This document shows positions 9,990-18,956 of a DNA stretch of 62,235 nucleotides, piece by piece. Both the position numbers and the translations under genes were made by a program. The notes beneath the pieces are model-generated. The model was given only the letters and a program-made list of their open reading frames with translations. It was not told where the DNA came from and did not search any database. The stretch spans positions 1 through 62,235 of the forward strand of contig JAEDGJ010000001.1 of NCBI GenBank assembly GCA_016297585.1, read 5' to 3'. Position 1 is the stretch's first letter; each line of letters begins with the position of its first letter. This stretch comes from Clostridiaceae bacterium. GTDB taxonomy: Bacteria > Bacillota > Clostridia > Oscillospirales > QAMX01.

Positions 9990-10012
9990 ATTCGGAAAGG
10001 GAGGGAAAAACC

Positions 10013-10855
10013 ATGGAACCGATCGAGACGGTCAGGGCGTTCTACGACGCGAATGTCGAGGCGGAATGGAACCGCATCGCGGATCAGCCGGAGTTTCTGC
10101 TCACCGCGCGGTTTCTCGACCGCTATGTGAAAAAAGGCGACCGGGTGCTCGACATCGGCGGCGGACCGGGGCGGTATTCGCTGTATCTCGCGGAAAAAGG
10201 GTGCGAGGTCACGCTGTTTGACCTGTCGGAGGAAAACGTCCGGTTTGCGGCGCGGGAAGCGGCGGCGCGCGGATTGACGCTGCGGACGGTCTGCGGCGAC
10301 GCGCGGGAAGCGGACCGGCTGGTGGCGGAGGGCGGCTTTGACTGCGTGCTGCTCATGGGGCCGCTGTACCATCTGCTGGAGGAGGCGGACCGCGAGGCGG
10401 CGGTTCGGGCGGCCTGCCGGCTGCTGAAGCCGGGCGGCGTGCTCTTCGCGGCCTTCATCAGCATGTACGGCGGGATGATTTACATGACCCGCGAGGCGCC
10501 GGAGATCGTGCTGTCCGACCATCCGGCGGAAATCGAGTTCCGGAAGGCGCTGCTGGCAGGCGAGAGCTTTGCCGGGGATGCCTTTACGAAGGCGTTTTTT
10601 ATCCAGCCGCGCGAGATCCTGCCGTTTATGGCGCGTTTTCCCCTGGAAAAGCTCCATCTGTTCGGGCAGGAGGGCATCATGGCGCCGAATACGGATAAAA
10701 TATCCGCCAGCGCGCCGGAGGTCGTCCGGGCGCTGACGGATGTTTCGGAGATGCTCTGCGAAAGGGAAGAGCTGCTGTCGTGGGCGGAGCATCTGATGTA
10801 TGTCGGACGGAAAAAATGCGAAAAAGGGGAGGAAACGGGAAATGCTGACGCATAA
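10013..10855 (+). CDS. Class I SAM-dependent methyltransferase
   Basis: Start set to ATG 10013 (GGGAGGG SD), giving 280 aa. SAM motif I VLDIGGGPGRYS and post-I acidic residue (LFDLS). Substrate unknown. Confidence 0.85.
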   Translation: MEPIETVRAFYDANVEAEWNRIADQPEFLLTARFLDRYVKKGDRVLDIGGGPGRYSLYLAEKGCEVTLFDLSEENVRFAAREAAARGLTLRTVCGDAREADRLVAEGGFDCVLLMGPLYHLLEEADREAAVRAACRLLKPGGVLFAAFISMYGGMIYMTREAPEIVLSDHPAEIEFRKALLAGESFAGDAFTKAFFIQPREILPFMARFPLEKLHLFGQEGIMAPNTDKISASAPEVVRALTDVSEMLCEREELLSWAEHLMYVGRKKCEKGEETGNADA

Positions 10856-11396
10856 GGGAACGGTCACGCTGAAGACCGAAAGGCTGGTGCTGCGGAAAGT
10901 GGAGCCCGGCGATGCGCAGACGATGTTCGACGCCTACGCAAACGACCCGCGGGTGACGAAATTCCTCTCGTGGAGCCCGCACGGCGACGTGAAAAACACC
11001 CGCGCGCTGCTCGAAAGCTGGGAAAAGGAGTACGAAAAACCGGACTGCTACAACTGGGCGATCACGCTCGGCGGACGGATGATCGGCACCATCGGCGCCG
11101 TGTCCGTGAACGACCGGGACGAGCGCTGCGAGATCGGCTACTGCGTCGCGTACGACTATTGGGGTAAGGGCATCATGACCGAGGCGCTGCGGGCGGTGCT
11201 GCGGTTCCTGTTCGACGAGGTCGGGATGCGCCGCGTCATGGCGAGGCACGACACGGCAAACCCTGCCTCCGGACGCGTCATGCAGAAGTGCGGGATGACC
11301 TATGAAGGGACGCTGCGGTCGTGGCATACGCGAAACGACGGCAGCGTCGGCGACGCGAAGGTTTATTCCATCCTGCGGGACGAATTCCGCGCTTAA
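10842..11396 (+). CDS. GNAT family N-acetyltransferase (RimJ/RimL-like)
   Basis: Start set to ATG 10842 (GGAGGA SD), overlapping the methyltransferase stop by 14 nt. 184 aa. RLVLRKVEPGDA N-terminus and acetyl-CoA motif WGKGIMTEAL. Confidence 0.85.
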   Translation: MLTHKGTVTLKTERLVLRKVEPGDAQTMFDAYANDPRVTKFLSWSPHGDVKNTRALLESWEKEYEKPDCYNWAITLGGRMIGTIGAVSVNDRDERCEIGYCVAYDYWGKGIMTEALRAVLRFLFDEVGMRRVMARHDTANPASGRVMQKCGMTYEGTLRSWHTRNDGSVGDAKVYSILRDEFRA

Positions 11397-12172
11397 TCCT
11401 CGTCGTAGCGCACCCGTTCGACCGAGACGCAGCGTCCCGTCGCGTCGTCGAGCGTGAAGAGCGCGCCGCAGAGCATGGCGGGACCCTCGGCGGTGACGAA
11501 GCGCGAGAGCATGTCGCCGAGAAAATAGGCGACGGAGGTGTCCGGGCGCACGCCGATGATGGAATCGCGCGCGCCGGTCATGCCGAGGTCGCACAGAAAG
11601 CCCGTGCCGCCGGGAAAAACGCGCTCGTCGGCGGTCTGGACATGGGTGTGCGTGCCCCAGAGCGCGCCCGCGCGTCCGTCGAGGTAGTACGCCATCGCGT
11701 ACTTTTCGGAGGTCGCCTCCGCGTGAAAATCGACGGCGACGAACGCGGTGCGCTCCCGGGCGCGGGCAAGGAGACGGTCGGCCGCGGTAAACGGACTCTC
11801 CGGTCCGAACGGCAGATCGCAGCGCCCGATCAGGTTGAGCACCGCCAGCTCGCCGACGGGCGTCTGCAGAAAGGCCATCCCCTGTCCGGGAAGGCTCGGC
11901 GCGAGGTTTGCCGGGCGGAGGATGGCCTCCGACTCGTCGAGGAAGGACGCGATGGCCTTCTGCTTGAAGGTGTGGTTGCCGAGCGTGATCATGTCCGCGC
12001 CGGCGCTCAGGATGCGGCGCGCTTCGTCCGGACGGATGCCGTAGACGGCGGCGTTCTCGGCGTTGACGATCACCGCGTCCGCCGCGAGCTCCTCACGCAC
12101 CGCCGGGAGATGGCGCTCGATGCAGGACACGCCGCAGGGGCCGCAGACGTCGCCGACGGCGAGGATCCTCAT
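11393..12172 (-). CDS. ymdB: YmdB-type metallophosphoesterase (2',3'-cyclic-nucleotide phosphodiesterase family)
   Basis: Start set to ATG 12172 (MRILAVGDVCG), giving 259 aa. Motifs GDxxG, NAEN and GNHTF. Confidence 0.85.
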   Translation of the reverse strand: MRILAVGDVCGPCGVSCIERHLPAVREELAADAVIVNAENAAVYGIRPDEARRILSAGADMITLGNHTFKQKAIASFLDESEAILRPANLAPSLPGQGMAFLQTPVGELAVLNLIGRCDLPFGPESPFTAADRLLARARERTAFVAVDFHAEATSEKYAMAYYLDGRAGALWGTHTHVQTADERVFPGGTGFLCDLGMTGARDSIIGVRPDTSVAYFLGDMLSRFVTAEGPAMLCGALFTLDDATGRCVSVERVRYDED

Positions 12173-13617
12173 GCGCGGCCTCCGTCCGTCAGGAAGCCGG
12201 AAAGCTCGGTGACGCCGCCGAAGAACGAGCCCGCGCGGTCGATCGTCATGCGGATGCCGTGCGGCAGGAACGCAAACGTCATGCGGTCGTTCGTGGAGGT
12301 GCGGGTGTAGACGGCGGTCAGATGGAACTGCCCGTCCTTCCACGCGCCGGCGCAGGAGACCTCGTGGTAAAACGGCGAATGGACGTTGGCGCGGGGCGGT
12401 ACGGCGGTCTCGCCGTCGAGGAACTCGCCGAAGCCGACGGGCAGCGTCGAGACGCCGTCGGCGGTCTCCAGCGTGAGCGTGGTTTCCTCGCCGAAGCGGA
12501 AGGACAGCGTCTTGATGCCGAAGCGGTTCGGCGCGATCTCGTACGTTTTGCCGGAGACGGACGCGGCGGCGGGCGTGGTGCGCTCTCCCTGCGGCAGCGG
12601 GAACGTCAGCGCGGCGGCCTCCGAGGCGAAGGCGGCTTCCTCCGCGGTTTCGGGCAGGATTTCGTCCGACAGCGGGTCGATCAGGTACTCATACAGCGCG
12701 TCCATGATCTCCTGGAAGTCGCGGATCTGACCGGTGCAGGCGAAAACGGTGTTCTTCGGACGGCAGACGACGCAGAGCTGGCCGAACGCGCCGTCGCCGC
12801 GGAATGTGCCGGGGTGATTGCACATCCAGAACTGGTAGCCGTAGCCCACGGCCCAGTCGGGGGTGTTTTCCTTCGCCGTCGGCACCTGCCAGCTCGTCGC
12901 GGCGTCGACCCATGCGGGATCGAGCAGCTGACGGCCGTCAAATTCGCCGCGGTTTGCGAGAAACACGCCGAATTTCGCGATGTCCTCGGTCTGCAGGTTC
13001 AGGCCGAAGCCGCCGGTCGAGATGCCCTTCGGGCAGGTATCCCACCAGAACTCGCCGAATCCCAGCGGATCGAACAGGCGCGGACGGAGGAAGTCGCAGA
13101 CGGTCTGCCCCGTGACCTTCTGAATGATCGCGGAGACCATATAGGTCGCGGCGGTGCTGTAGAGATACCCCGTGCCCGGCTCGTTCGAGACGTAGGAATG
13201 CAGGAATTTTTCGACCCAGTCGACGCTGCCGCCGTCGTCGATCACGCCCGGCTCGACCGTATGCCCGGTGTTCATCGTCAGCAGATGGCGGATGCGCATC
13301 TTCCGCATGTTCTCACAGGGCTCGGAGGGCAGCTTTTCCGGGAAAAATTTGGTGACGGGATCGTCGAGGGACAAAAGCCCCTCCTGTACGGCGAAGCCGA
13401 ACGCGGTGGAGGTAAACGACTTCGACAGGGAGTGCAGCATATGGGGATAGGCCGGCGCATAGGGCGTCCAATAGCCCTCCGCGCCCACCTTGCCGCCGCG
13501 GACAAAGAGGAAGGAATGCAGTCCGCATTCGGACGCACGGCGCAGGAACGCGCGCGCGGAAGCTGCGGGAAGTCCGATTTCGCCCATTCGGACGCGCGGG
13601 AGTGTTTTCATAGACAT
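12169..13617 (-). CDS. Serine hydrolase, beta-lactamase/PBP4*-like family
   Basis: Start set to ATG 13617 (GGAGG SD), giving 482 aa. SxxK motif SLSKSF. Its stop overlaps the ymdB start (ATGA). Confidence 0.8.
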   Translation of the reverse strand: MSMKTLPRVRMGEIGLPAASARAFLRRASECGLHSFLFVRGGKVGAEGYWTPYAPAYPHMLHSLSKSFTSTAFGFAVQEGLLSLDDPVTKFFPEKLPSEPCENMRKMRIRHLLTMNTGHTVEPGVIDDGGSVDWVEKFLHSYVSNEPGTGYLYSTAATYMVSAIIQKVTGQTVCDFLRPRLFDPLGFGEFWWDTCPKGISTGGFGLNLQTEDIAKFGVFLANRGEFDGRQLLDPAWVDAATSWQVPTAKENTPDWAVGYGYQFWMCNHPGTFRGDGAFGQLCVVCRPKNTVFACTGQIRDFQEIMDALYEYLIDPLSDEILPETAEEAAFASEAAALTFPLPQGERTTPAAASVSGKTYEIAPNRFGIKTLSFRFGEETTLTLETADGVSTLPVGFGEFLDGETAVPPRANVHSPFYHEVSCAGAWKDGQFHLTAVYTRTSTNDRMTFAFLPHGIRMTIDRAGSFFGGVTELSGFLTDGGRA

Positions 13618-13702
13618 GGTGCCTCCGATATTCTGGTATGATACGGACAAACGACGCCGGAAACATGGGCTTCCGGCGTCGTTTGAACAGTTTTACTGGA
13701 TT

Positions 13703-13900
13703 TTACTTTGCAAAATGCGCGTTGAGCTTGGCTACCAGCTCATCCGCGTCGGTGCCGTGCACGGCGCAGGCCTGGGCGATCGTCTCGCCGCGGGAAGCCG
13801 GGCAGCCGAGGCAGTGCATTCCGATTTCAAAGAAGAACTTCGCGGTATCGATGTCGGCGTCCAGAACCTCGCCGATGACGCTGTCTTTGGTAACGGTCAT
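13703..13900 (-). CDS. DUF1858 / hybrid-cluster-protein-associated redox disulfide domain protein
   Basis: 65 aa with the characteristic GMHCLGCP motif. Confidence 0.7.
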   Translation of the reverse strand: MTVTKDSVIGEVLDADIDTAKFFFEIGMHCLGCPASRGETIAQACAVHGTDADELVAKLNAHFAK

Positions 13901-13980
13901 GTCAAAAACCTCCGTTTGTTGGGTGATAGGTTAATTATACACAAAAAGCGTGGAGATTACAAGGGGAAAAACTTACCAAT

Positions 13981-14850
13981 TTACAAGGTGCGGGCAAGCT
14001 CTTTTATGTACGTTTTCAAGGCCTCTCCGCAGCGGGGATTTTGAAGGCTGAGCTCGATGACGCACTGCAGATACCCTTCCAGAGAGCCGGTATCGTAGCG
14101 CTTTCCCTCGAATTCGACGGCCAGCATCTCGCCGCGGCGCGCGAGGACGGCAAGGGCGTCGGTCAGCTGGATCTCGCCGCCGTAGCCGGGGGAGAGGTTT
14201 TCGAGGATCGGGAAGATATCCGGCGAGAGCACATAGCGTCCGAGAATGGCGTAAGGGGAGAAAACCTCGGACGGCTTGGGCTTTTCCACCATATTGTGCA
14301 CGCGGAACACGCGGTCGTGATAGTGGGAGACGTCGAGGGAGCAGTATTTGCCGATGTCGTCGAGCGATACGGCCTGCACGCCGACGACGGAACAGCGTTC
14401 GGCGTCGGCAACCTCGTCGAGCTGCCCGATGACGGGACGCGCCGCCGCCATCACGTCGTCGCCGAGCAGGACGGCAAACGGTTCGCTGCCGACAAAGCGG
14501 CGCGCGGTCCAGATCGCGTGACCGAGCCCGAGCGTCTGCTTCTGGCGGACGAACATGACGTTTGCCATGTCGGCGGTACGGCGCACCAGCGCGGCGTCCT
14601 CCTCGCGTCCGGCGCGCAGCAGGCGTTCTTCCAGCTCCGGATGGTAGTCGAAATAGTCCTCCATCGCCGCTTTCGAGCGGTTTGTGATAATGAGGATGTC
14701 CTCGATGCCGGCGGCAACGGCTTCCTCGACGATGTACTGGATCGAGGGGCGGTCGCCGATGGGCAGCATCTCCTTGGGGATGGTTTTGGTTTCGGGCAGC
14801 ATTCGCGTACCGAGACCTGCGGCGGGGATGACGGCTTTCTTAATACGCAT
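13981..14850 (-). CDS. galU: UTP--glucose-1-phosphate uridylyltransferase
   Basis: 289 aa. N-terminal AVIPAAGLGTRMLPETKTIPKEMLP signature. Confidence 0.93.
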   Translation of the reverse strand: MRIKKAVIPAAGLGTRMLPETKTIPKEMLPIGDRPSIQYIVEEAVAAGIEDILIITNRSKAAMEDYFDYHPELEERLLRAGREEDAALVRRTADMANVMFVRQKQTLGLGHAIWTARRFVGSEPFAVLLGDDVMAAARPVIGQLDEVADAERCSVVGVQAVSLDDIGKYCSLDVSHYHDRVFRVHNMVEKPKPSEVFSPYAILGRYVLSPDIFPILENLSPGYGGEIQLTDALAVLARRGEMLAVEFEGKRYDTGSLEGYLQCVIELSLQNPRCGEALKTYIKELARTL

Positions 14851-14888
14851 GAGACCCCTCCTGCGCGCGGAAGGCGCGTTTTGTCCGG

Positions 14889-15392
14889 TTAACGGTCAAA
14901 CAGCCGGGTGCGCCGCACCACGGCCAGCAGCGGGATGCCGAGTACATAGCAGGCGCCGACCTGTCCGAGGCCGACCTCTGCGGCAAAAATCCAGAAAGTC
15001 GGGAAAAAGCTTGCGAGCGGAACGCTGACAAAGGACAGCACCGCGCCGACGACCACCGCGTTGATCAGCACCGGCGGCAGCGGGGCGAGCCATTTGTTCG
15101 GCATCCGCGCGGTCAGCAGTCCCGAGACGAGCGTCGCCAGCGTGCCGAAGACGATGTCCAGAATGCCGGCGCCGCCGATGATGTTGGAGATCAGGCAGCC
15201 GACCGTCAGGCCGACCGTGGTGATCGGGGACAGAAAGGGCAGCACCGTCAGCGCTTCGGAGACGCGGCACTGGAGATTGCCGAAGGAAATCGGCTGCAGC
15301 AGCAGGGCCAGCGCGACGTAAATCGCGGCGATCATCCCCTGCGTGGCGATCATTTTGACGGTTTTCGACCGTCCTTCGGGATTATTCGGCAT
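14889..15392 (-). CDS. queT: QueT-family queuosine-precursor transporter
   Basis: 167 aa, about 5 TM. Family-typical PISFGNLQCRVSEALTVLP segment. The start is uncertain (15392 or 15353), and 15392 overlaps the aspS stop. Confidence 0.7.
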   Translation of the reverse strand: MPNNPEGRSKTVKMIATQGMIAAIYVALALLLQPISFGNLQCRVSEALTVLPFLSPITTVGLTVGCLISNIIGGAGILDIVFGTLATLVSGLLTARMPNKWLAPLPPVLINAVVVGAVLSFVSVPLASFFPTFWIFAAEVGLGQVGACYVLGIPLLAVVRRTRLFDR

Positions 15393-17163
15393 CGGCTTTG
15401 ATGTTGATGGCGATGGACAGCTCGTCCAGCTGCTTCTGCTCGACGACGTCCGGCGAATTCATCATCAGCTCCGCTGCGGTCTGCACCTTCGGGAAGGCGA
15501 TGACGTCGCGGATATTGTCCGTGCCCGCCATCAGCATGACCAGACGGTCGAGCCCGTACGCCATACCGCCGTGCGGCGGCGCGCCGTAGCGGAACGCGTT
15601 GATCAGATGACCGAAGCGCTCGTCGGCTTCCTCACGGGTAAAGCCGAGCGCCGAGAACATGCGCTCCTGCACCTCGGGATCGTGGATACGGATGGAGCCG
15701 CCGCCGGCTTCGTAGCCGTTGATGACGATATCGTAGGCCTTCGCGCGGCAGTGGGCGCGGTCGGTGTCGAGCAGCGCGAGATCCTCATCCTTCGGCGCGG
15801 TGAAGGGATGGTGCATCGCGACGAAGCGGTTGTCCTCCTCCGACCACTCGAACATCGGAAAGTCGGTGATCCACAGCAGCCGATAGACGTCCTTCGGGAT
15901 CCGGTCAAGGCGCTTGGCGACTTCGACGCGCAGCGCGCCGAGGGAGGCGAAGACGACAGAATCCTTCGGATCCGCGACGATGAGCAGCAGGTCGCCCGTC
16001 TGCGCGCCCGCGCGTTCGGCAATCGCGGACAGCTCCTCCGGCTGCATGAACTTCGAGAAGCTCGACTGGATGCCGTCGGCGTTGATCTTCATCCACGCAA
16101 GGCCCTTGGCGCGGTAGGTACGGACGAATTCGACGAGGGAGTCGATCTCCTTGCGGGTCATCTTCGCGCCGCCGTCGACGTTGATCAGGCGCACGGAACC
16201 GGTTTCGGCGGCGTCGGTAAAGACCTTGAAGCCGCAGCTCCGGACGAGATCGGTGATATTCCGCAGCTCCATGCCGAAGCGCAGGTCGGGCTTGTCGGAG
16301 CCGAAGCGTTCCATCGCCTCCTGCCACGGCATGCACGGCAGCGGCAGCTCCAGCTCGATGCCGCGAACCTCGCGGAAGAGCTTTGCAAGGAAGCCTTCGT
16401 TGACCGCGCGGACGTCTTCCTCGTCGACGAAGCTCATTTCGAGGTCGATCTGGGTAAATTCGGGCTGACGGTCGGCGCGCAGGTCCTCGTCGCGGAAGCA
16501 TTTGACGATCTGGATGTAGCGGTCGAAGCCGGAGAGCATCAGAAGCTGCTTATACTGCTGCGGAGACTGGGGCAGCGCGTAGAACTTGCCGGGATGGATG
16601 CGGGACGGCACGAGATAGTCGCGCGCGCCCTCGGGGGTGGATTTGGTGAGGACGGGGGTTTCGATCTCCAGAAAACCGTTGTCGTAGAAGTAGCTGCGGG
16701 CGATCGCCGCGATGCGGTGGCGCAGCGCGATCGTATTCTGGAGCTTCGGACGGCGCAGATCGAGATAACGGTACTTTAAGCGCAGGTTTTCCGCGCATTC
16801 GGTCTCGTCGAGGATTTCAAAAGGCGTCGTATCGGCGCGGGTGAAGATTTTGAGCGCCGTGACGTACAGCTCGATCTCGCCGGTGGGCATGTCGCGGTTG
16901 ACGGCGGACTCGCCGCGGTGGGCGACAACGCCGGTCGCGCCGATGACGTATTCGGTGCGGAGCGTTCCGGCGAGCTCGGAGAGCGCCGCGTCGCGCTCGG
17001 CGTTGAAATTGAGCTGTAAAAGCCCCGTACGGTCGCGCAGCGTCACAAAGGTCAGCCCTCCGAGACGGCGGGCACGCTGCACCCAGCCGCAGACGGTGAC
17101 GGTGCGGCCCACGTCCGATGCACGCAGGGTACCCGCATAATCGGTACGGTTAAACTCTTTCAT
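15382..17163 (-). CDS. aspS: Aspartate--tRNA ligase
   Basis: 593 aa. N-terminal OB anticodon-binding domain and class IIb motifs (FTQIDLEMSF, HHPFTAP, GGGSIRIH). Confidence 0.95.
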   Translation of the reverse strand: MKEFNRTDYAGTLRASDVGRTVTVCGWVQRARRLGGLTFVTLRDRTGLLQLNFNAERDAALSELAGTLRTEYVIGATGVVAHRGESAVNRDMPTGEIELYVTALKIFTRADTTPFEILDETECAENLRLKYRYLDLRRPKLQNTIALRHRIAAIARSYFYDNGFLEIETPVLTKSTPEGARDYLVPSRIHPGKFYALPQSPQQYKQLLMLSGFDRYIQIVKCFRDEDLRADRQPEFTQIDLEMSFVDEEDVRAVNEGFLAKLFREVRGIELELPLPCMPWQEAMERFGSDKPDLRFGMELRNITDLVRSCGFKVFTDAAETGSVRLINVDGGAKMTRKEIDSLVEFVRTYRAKGLAWMKINADGIQSSFSKFMQPEELSAIAERAGAQTGDLLLIVADPKDSVVFASLGALRVEVAKRLDRIPKDVYRLLWITDFPMFEWSEEDNRFVAMHHPFTAPKDEDLALLDTDRAHCRAKAYDIVINGYEAGGGSIRIHDPEVQERMFSALGFTREEADERFGHLINAFRYGAPPHGGMAYGLDRLVMLMAGTDNIRDVIAFPKVQTAAELMMNSPDVVEQKQLDELSIAINIKADAE

Positions 17164-17193
17164 AAATCGTTCCAGTCCTTCTTGAATGGTTGT

Positions 17194-18444
17194 TTACAGC
17201 ACCGCTTCGATGGTCGCGGCGGAAAGAACGCAGGGGATCTGCTCCCCGGTCTGCATGTTTTTCAGATTGGCCGTGCCGGCGGCAAGCTCGTCGTCGCCGA
17301 TGACCATGGTATAGCGCGCGCCGATCTTGTCCGCGTACTTCATCTGCGCCTTTAAGGAGCGGTCGCACAGGTCGCGTTCGGCGGCGATGCCCATGCGGCG
17401 CAGGTCGAGGATCAGCTTCTGCGCGGCGTCTCCGGCCTGCTTGCCGGTCGTCGCGACGTAGACGTCGATCGTTTCGGCGCCGGGGATGTTGACGCCGAGC
17501 TTTTCCATGACGAGCAGCAGGCGCTCCAGTCCCGAGCCGAAGCCCAGCGCCGGCGTCGGCTTCCCGCCGAGCTGCTCGACGAGCCCGTCGTAGCGGCCGC
17601 CGCCGCAGACGGTGCCCTGCGCGCCGATGTCGTTGGAAATGAACTCGAAAACGGGTCCCGTATAGTAGTCGAGGCCGCGGACGATGCCGGAATCGATCTG
17701 ATAGTCGACGCCCATCCGCGACAGGAGCTGCAGCGTCTCGTCGAAGTCCGTTTTGCAGGAGTCGCAGAGGTAGTCGATGGTCTTCGGCGCGCCCTTGGCG
17801 ATCTCGTGGCAGACGGGGCTCTTGCAGTCCAGCACGCGCATCGGGTTACGGTCGAGACGTTCAAGACAGGTCGGGCAGAGCTCGCCCCGGTACTGCTCAA
17901 AATACGCCTTGAGCGCTTCGTAATAGCGCGGGCGGCAGGCGGGGCAGCCGATGGAGTTGATGTGCGCGGTGATGTTGCGGATGCCGAGGCGCTTTAAGAA
18001 GGTATCGGCCAGCGAAATGACCTCCGCGTTGGCGGCGGGGGATTTCGCGCCGAAGCATTCGACGCCGAACTGATAGTGCTGGCGGTAGCGGCCGGCCTGC
18101 GGCTTTTCATAGCGGAAATTCGGCGCGATATAATAGCATTTGACGGGAAGCGCGCCGTTGAAGCCGCCGTGCTCGATCATCGCGCGGACGACGGAGGCGG
18201 TGCCCTCCGGACGCAGGGAGATGGAGCGGCCGCCCTTGTCGTTGAAGGTGTACATCTCCTTCTGCACGACGTCGGTCGTATCGCCGACGCCGCGGATGAA
18301 CAGCTCGGTGTGCTCGAACATCGGGAAGCGGATCTCGCGGTAGCCGAAGGTTTTGGCGGTATCGCGGAGGATGCGCTCGAGGTATTGCCACTTGTAGGAT
18401 TCCTCGGGGAGGACGTCATAGGTACCTTTGGGGGCTTGTATCAT
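17194..18444 (-). CDS. hisS: Histidine--tRNA ligase
   Basis: 416 aa. RYRQHYQFGVE and GGGRYDGLV motifs plus a C-terminal anticodon-binding domain. Confidence 0.95.
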   Translation of the reverse strand: MIQAPKGTYDVLPEESYKWQYLERILRDTAKTFGYREIRFPMFEHTELFIRGVGDTTDVVQKEMYTFNDKGGRSISLRPEGTASVVRAMIEHGGFNGALPVKCYYIAPNFRYEKPQAGRYRQHYQFGVECFGAKSPAANAEVISLADTFLKRLGIRNITAHINSIGCPACRPRYYEALKAYFEQYRGELCPTCLERLDRNPMRVLDCKSPVCHEIAKGAPKTIDYLCDSCKTDFDETLQLLSRMGVDYQIDSGIVRGLDYYTGPVFEFISNDIGAQGTVCGGGRYDGLVEQLGGKPTPALGFGSGLERLLLVMEKLGVNIPGAETIDVYVATTGKQAGDAAQKLILDLRRMGIAAERDLCDRSLKAQMKYADKIGARYTMVIGDDELAAGTANLKNMQTGEQIPCVLSAATIEAVL

Positions 18445-18455
18445 GTTTTATCACC

Positions 18456-18881
18456 TTAATAGTTCCGCGTTCTCACGGGACGTTTTGGATTGACGATGTC
18501 GCGCCAGGAAAGGTCGCCGCGGTCGAGGCCGAGGACGAGCATTTCGGCGGTCGCAATGTTGGTCGCGATCGGGATGGAGTGCAGATCGCAGAGGCGCTGG
18601 AGCGCGTGGACGTCGCATTCGGCGCCGGGAGGGGACATCGGGTCGCAGAGGAAAATGACCATATCGATTTCGTTATAGGCGACGCGGGCGCCGATCTGCT
18701 GATCGCCTCCCTGCGCGCCGGAAAGAAAGCGGTCGATTTTCAGACCCGTGGCTTCCGTTACGAGTTTTCCCGTCGTACCGGTCGCACAGAGCGTATGCTT
18801 GGAAAGGATCCCGCAGTACGCCATACAGAACTGCACCATCAGTTCCTTTTTCTTATCGTGTGCGATCAGGGCAATATTCAT
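18456..18881 (-). CDS. mgsA: Methylglyoxal synthase
   Basis: 141 aa. [12 protein letters not shown]...ATGTTG...[12 protein letters not shown] pattern. Confidence 0.9.
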   Translation of the reverse strand: MNIALIAHDKKKELMVQFCMAYCGILSKHTLCATGTTGKLVTEATGLKIDRFLSGAQGGDQQIGARVAYNEIDMVIFLCDPMSPPGAECDVHALQRLCDLHSIPIATNIATAEMLVLGLDRGDLSWRDIVNPKRPVRTRNY

Positions 18882-18956
18882 AGTAATCAGATTCCCTCTT
18901 TCGTGTGAGATGAGGTTTGCGGGTAAAAAAGGTTTGTGTATTCGTCTGACAGGCCG

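Noticed and set aside
9766-10012. SAM riboswitch upstream of the SAM-dependent methyltransferase.
   Set aside because: I could not find the SAM-I/S-box core (such as GAGGGA...GCAACC...GTGCCAA) or other SAM-class signatures by eye. The region is kept as an unclassified attenuator candidate.
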